From the NCBI GenBank assembly GCA_029945195.1, contig GCA_029945195.1_4117.1: a stretch of DNA of 64,000 bases; one strand, written 5' to 3'. The position numbers and the translations under genes are program-made. Under the pieces are notes generated by a model, which saw only the letters and a program-made list of their open reading frames with translations, was not told where the DNA came from and did no database searches. Positions within the stretch are counted from its first letter, which is position 1, and each line of letters opens with the position of its first letter. The DNA is from a phage. Of the stretch, positions 60,543 through 64,000 are shown in pieces.

Positions 60543-62690
60543 ATGCTAAACATTACACGTATATCTATGAGGAACTTCTTTTCATTTGGTAATGCACCAC
60601 AATCAATTGACTTGAATGGTTCCGACATTTCATTAGTACTGGGTCAAAATAATGATGCAGTTATTGAAGGTGGTGACAGTACCGGACGTCGAAATGGTGT
60701 AGGGAAAAGTGCTATTATTCAAGGATTAGTTTTTGGATTATTTGGTAAAAGTATTGGTAACGATATTAAAATTCCTAACCTAGTCAATAAAACTAATGGA
60801 AAAAATTGTGAAGTAGTTGTAGAGTTTGAAAAAGATGGTGTACAATATCTGGTTGAACGTGGGAGAAGTCCCACGTATTTCAATTTTGTTACTTTAGGGA
60901 AAGATAATAAAATTGAAGATGAATCAAGGGGAGAAAAGAAAGACACACAAGAAGATTTGAATGAAATTCTTGGTATATCTCAATTATTATTTGAACATAT
61001 TGTAGTACTGAATGCTAACGTTGAACCTTTCTTAGCTTTATCCACACAAAAACAACGTGATATGATAGAAGAACTTCTTGGAATAACACAGTTGACGGAA
61101 AAAGCTGAAATGCTAAAGGAGATGTATAAGGATACTAAACGTTTAGCCGAACAAGAAAAGTTCAAAAATGAAACTGTAGCTGCAAGTAATGAACGTATTC
61201 AAAAAAGTATTGAGGCACTACAAGAACAGGCAAACCAGTTTGAAATTGATAAAAATAATAGAGTATCTAAGTTAAATGAAGAGTTGAATATATATAAAAC
61301 TTTAGACTTTAATGACCTCTATGAAGCTGCGGACATAAAAGAGAAAGCTCTTATTCATAACGCAAAGCGTGGTGAAATCGAACGCCGTGTACAAGAGTTG
61401 GCTTTAAAATTTGATGCATATGACCGTGAACTTGAAAGATCTAAAAGAGCATTAAATCTAAGCATTGATAAGCTAAAAACTATTGATATTAGTGCAGAAT
61501 TGGAAAATCATAATGAGTTGGAGATATGGAAACAGTTAGAGGGTATTCTAAAAGAGAATAATAACCAAAAACGTTTCAAAGAACAAAAACTAAACTCACT
61601 AAAAATAGCTTTAAAAGGATATGAATGTTCAATTAATGCTGAAATTGACAAATTATCAACAGTTGAAAACAGCAAATGTCCACTTTGTATGTCTGAATTG
61701 GAACATAACGAACATACTTCTTCAATTAAAGACAAAATCCAAAGTACTATTAATGATCTTCAAGCTAAAATTGATAGTTCTTCTTCTGAAATTGAAACAT
61801 TACTTCAAGAAATTGATAGTATTGAGATTTTTGATATGCCACCTAAGCCTGTGACATATTATAATACACTTTCAGAAGCACAAATGCATGAACATAAGCT
61901 TCAAGAATTGGTCAGAAAGAGTGAAGAAGAACAAATAAACATCTATGCAAATGAACTTATGTCATCATATGATGAACTTAACTCATATGAACTAATGGAA
62001 GTTCCAGATACATTAAACAAATATGAAGTTAAAGAGTTAGAAATGACTGTAAATTCATTATCACAGCAATTAGATCGTGAATTGAAGACTACTAACACAT
62101 TTATTAGCCAAATTAATACCCTGAAGACTGATTCTTTAGTACCAATTGATTATAGCGACTATAATAATCTTGATAAAATGTCAAATCACCAAGATTTCTT
62201 GGTTAAATTACTTTTAAACAAGGATTCTTATGTCCGTAAACGTATTATTGAGCAAAATATATCATATTTGAATACACGACTTCAGTACTATATCGATATG
62301 TGCGGTTCTGAGCATAATGTTGTGTTTTTGAATGATTTGAGTGTTGAAATTGAGAAGAGTGGACAGTACTTTGACTATAAACAGCTTAGTAGAGGTGAGC
62401 GTACAAGGGTAAACATCGCATTATCTTGTGCTTTCCGTGATACATATGAGTCATTATACCAAAGTATTAATATTCTTATCATTGATGAGATGATTGACCA
62501 AGGTCTTGACTCAAGTGGTGTTCTACGTGTGTGGTCTATCTTCCAAGATATGGCTGCTGTACGTGGTAAGAACGTTTATGCTATTTCCCACAGAGAAGAG
62601 TTACTATCTAAGACTGAAAAAATCCTCAAAGTTGTTAAAGAGGACGGTTTCAGTACTGTTGAATATGCAACCCTTGATGATGTTTTCTAA
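60543..62690 (+). CDS. Rad50/SbcC-like ATPase (T4 gp46-like)
   Basis: 715 aa; N-terminal Walker A GRRNGVGKSA, long coiled coil with CPLC zinc-hook-like motif, C-terminal LSRGERTR signature and Walker B LIIDEM. Confidence 0.8.
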   Translation: MLNITRISMRNFFSFGNAPQSIDLNGSDISLVLGQNNDAVIEGGDSTGRRNGVGKSAIIQGLVFGLFGKSIGNDIKIPNLVNKTNGKNCEVVVEFEKDGVQYLVERGRSPTYFNFVTLGKDNKIEDESRGEKKDTQEDLNEILGISQLLFEHIVVLNANVEPFLALSTQKQRDMIEELLGITQLTEKAEMLKEMYKDTKRLAEQEKFKNETVAASNERIQKSIEALQEQANQFEIDKNNRVSKLNEELNIYKTLDFNDLYEAADIKEKALIHNAKRGEIERRVQELALKFDAYDRELERSKRALNLSIDKLKTIDISAELENHNELEIWKQLEGILKENNNQKRFKEQKLNSLKIALKGYECSINAEIDKLSTVENSKCPLCMSELEHNEHTSSIKDKIQSTINDLQAKIDSSSSEIETLLQEIDSIEIFDMPPKPVTYYNTLSEAQMHEHKLQELVRKSEEEQINIYANELMSSYDELNSYELMEVPDTLNKYEVKELEMTVNSLSQQLDRELKTTNTFISQINTLKTDSLVPIDYSDYNNLDKMSNHQDFLVKLLLNKDSYVRKRIIEQNISYLNTRLQYYIDMCGSEHNVVFLNDLSVEIEKSGQYFDYKQLSRGERTRVNIALSCAFRDTYESLYQSINILIIDEMIDQGLDSSGVLRVWSIFQDMAAVRGKNVYAISHREELLSKTEKILKVVKEDGFSTVEYATLDDVF

Positions 62691-62696
62691 TTAAAG

Positions 62697-62727
62697 ATAA
62701 AGGGAGCCTTAGCTCCCTTTTTTTATA
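62697..62727. terminator. bidirectional rho-independent terminator
   Basis: aagggagc-ctta-gctccctt hairpin flanked by an A-tract and a T-tract, between convergent genes. Confidence 0.75.
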
Positions 62728-63200
62728 TCAACCATATTTAATTTACCGTCCTTAATCAGCTTTCTAGCTTGCTTTACACGAGCAGTAGTGTTACTACCAG
62801 GGACAACTCCTAACCCTTCCAGAATCGCGTTTTGCTGTGTTGCTGGAAGCCTTTTAAACTTATTAACATCCACAGTTAGTGCAGTGTGATGTATAACTTG
62901 TTCATCGTCAGGAATGCTGTTATTACGCTCTAAGTAATCAGCAAGATTTCTGAGTACCTCATATAATGGTTTATCAGTTAAGTGCTTCATATATCGATTG
63001 AAGCTGTTTTGTACCTTTCCTTCCCAAGCATTGACTTCATTTTGAAGAACTTGTCTACAATGTTGGTTACCATAGTGGTAGTGATCCAGTACTGGTTTAG
63101 TTATTGGTTCTTTAATTATAGGATCTATTCCATTTTGTTTCTTTAGTAATTCGTTTCGATAGTTTGCAGCATCCTTACTATCTTTTAATCTTTTTTTCAT
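62709..63200 (-). CDS. endonuclease VII-like Holliday junction resolvase (T4 gp49-like)
   Basis: 163 aa; LDHYHYGNQHCRQVLQNEVNAWEGKVQNSFNRYMKHL resembles the T4 endo VII core (LDHDHE...RGLLCNLCNAAEGQMKHKFNR, from memory); GAGGA RBS. Confidence 0.6.
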   Translation of the reverse strand: MKKRLKDSKDAANYRNELLKKQNGIDPIIKEPITKPVLDHYHYGNQHCRQVLQNEVNAWEGKVQNSFNRYMKHLTDKPLYEVLRNLADYLERNNSIPDDEQVIHHTALTVDVNKFKRLPATQQNAILEGLGVVPGSNTTARVKQARKLIKDGKLNMVDIKKGS

Positions 63201-63292
63201 AATTCCTCACCAAACTATTTGTTATCAAAATATTTATAGATTAGTTATTTGCAATATTTTAAGTACTTAATGAATATTTTTATAAAAATAGT

Positions 63293-63320
63293 GAGACAAC
63301 TTTAAAGTTTGTGCTATAAT
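63293..63320 (+). promoter_or_regulatory. sigma70-type promoter (GAGACA-N16-TATAAT, extended -10) with no downstream ORF
   Basis: -10 TATAAT at 63315-63320 preceded by TGc; AT-rich UP-like tract upstream; nearest downstream ORF of 60 aa or more is absent. Confidence 0.5.
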
Positions 63321-63326
63321 GTTTGT

Positions 63327-63781
63327 TGTAGTAATGACAATCCTGTTGAATGCAGAAATGCATATAAATTAGAACCTGATCCTATCGAAAATGTAGATGG
63401 CAGATGAGCAGTTCAACAGTGCGATGAGCAAAAGAAACCCGTTAGATGTGGGCATAGTTTGAACCCCTCACGGCAATGCGGCTCAATAAAGAACTCCGAT
63501 AAGCATACAGAGAGTTCCTCGATAGACATATAAGGATCGCACCTTACCAGATTTGCTAAGGGAGTTTATTAAGTGATTTTAATAAACAGCCTGAAGTTTG
63601 ATTGTATAGACTTTCAGGTGAGTGTCAGGATGATTAAGACTGACGACCGTTGCACATGACTGCGATAGAGAGAAACAGAGCAACCCGCTTTCGTTCTTAA
63701 TATATTTTTAAGAAATTCGCAATACAATAAATGCTGAAACCATCAGCGTCAAGAAATAGAGACTTCATTGTCTCTTTTTTA
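63327..63781 (+). ncRNA. candidate non-coding RNA of unknown class (~450 nt) bounded by promoter and terminator
   Basis: No ORF of 60 aa or more on either strand; GC content locally higher than the flanks; ends at hairpin agagac-ttcatt-gtctct plus T6 (63758-63780); no tRNA cloverleaf recognised by eye. Confidence 0.3.
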
Positions 63782-64000
63782 TTGTCTTCATTCCCCTGCG
63801 GGGGGATGAAAATGTCCTCAACAAATCCCGTCAAGTATTAAATCTTTTAAAGTTCTTTATAATTAATTTAATTAAATGAATATGAGTTACGTAGTAACGA
63901 ATATTCTTCAGCTAACGAATGAAATGAGTTAGATGAATCCAATAATATTAAAATTAATCCTTTCATAATTCAATTCAAATAATTCTGTAGTTTAAAACCA

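Noticed and set aside
63330-63780. tRNA genes in the ORF-free terminal region
   Set aside because: No acceptor-stem or T-arm (GTTCRANYC-like) arrangement could be folded by eye, so it is left as an unclassified candidate RNA pending tRNAscan or Infernal.

Overview
This window reads as a ~35% GC segment of a large T4-like myovirus (probably a giant or jumbo phage). All calls are by eye from the supplied sequence and ORF track; no searches were run. Contents, in order: contractile tail sheath, two paralogous tail-tube genes, a block of small acidic proteins, a MoxR-like AAA+ ATPase plus VWA/HExxH protein pair behind two tandem consensus sigma70-type promoters, a SLOG-like gene fused end-to-start with a ThyA-family gene, a minus-strand cluster of four tail fibre or tailspike genes (one with a pectate-lyase-type depolymerase motif), a Nudix hydrolase, a ClpA-type double-AAA+ unfoldase, a baseplate module (gp5-like hub with lysozyme, free lysozyme, gp25-like, gp6-like, a ~3,300-aa giant protein), a gp55-like late sigma factor, gp47/gp46-like (Mre11/Rad50-type) nuclease and an endonuclease VII-like resolvase. 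The window ends in ~800 bp with no ORF of 60 aa or more, carrying a promoter-terminator pair that may bound a ~450-nt non-coding RNA. The ORF track uses GTG/TTG/CTG starts in places; several starts are re-placed at the first ATG with a Shine-Dalgarno. The best candidates for an undescribed system are the promoter-stacked MoxR/VWA pair, the SLOG/ThyA pair, the ClpA-like unfoldase and the candidate ncRNA. Most short antisense ORFs in the track are rejected as artefacts.
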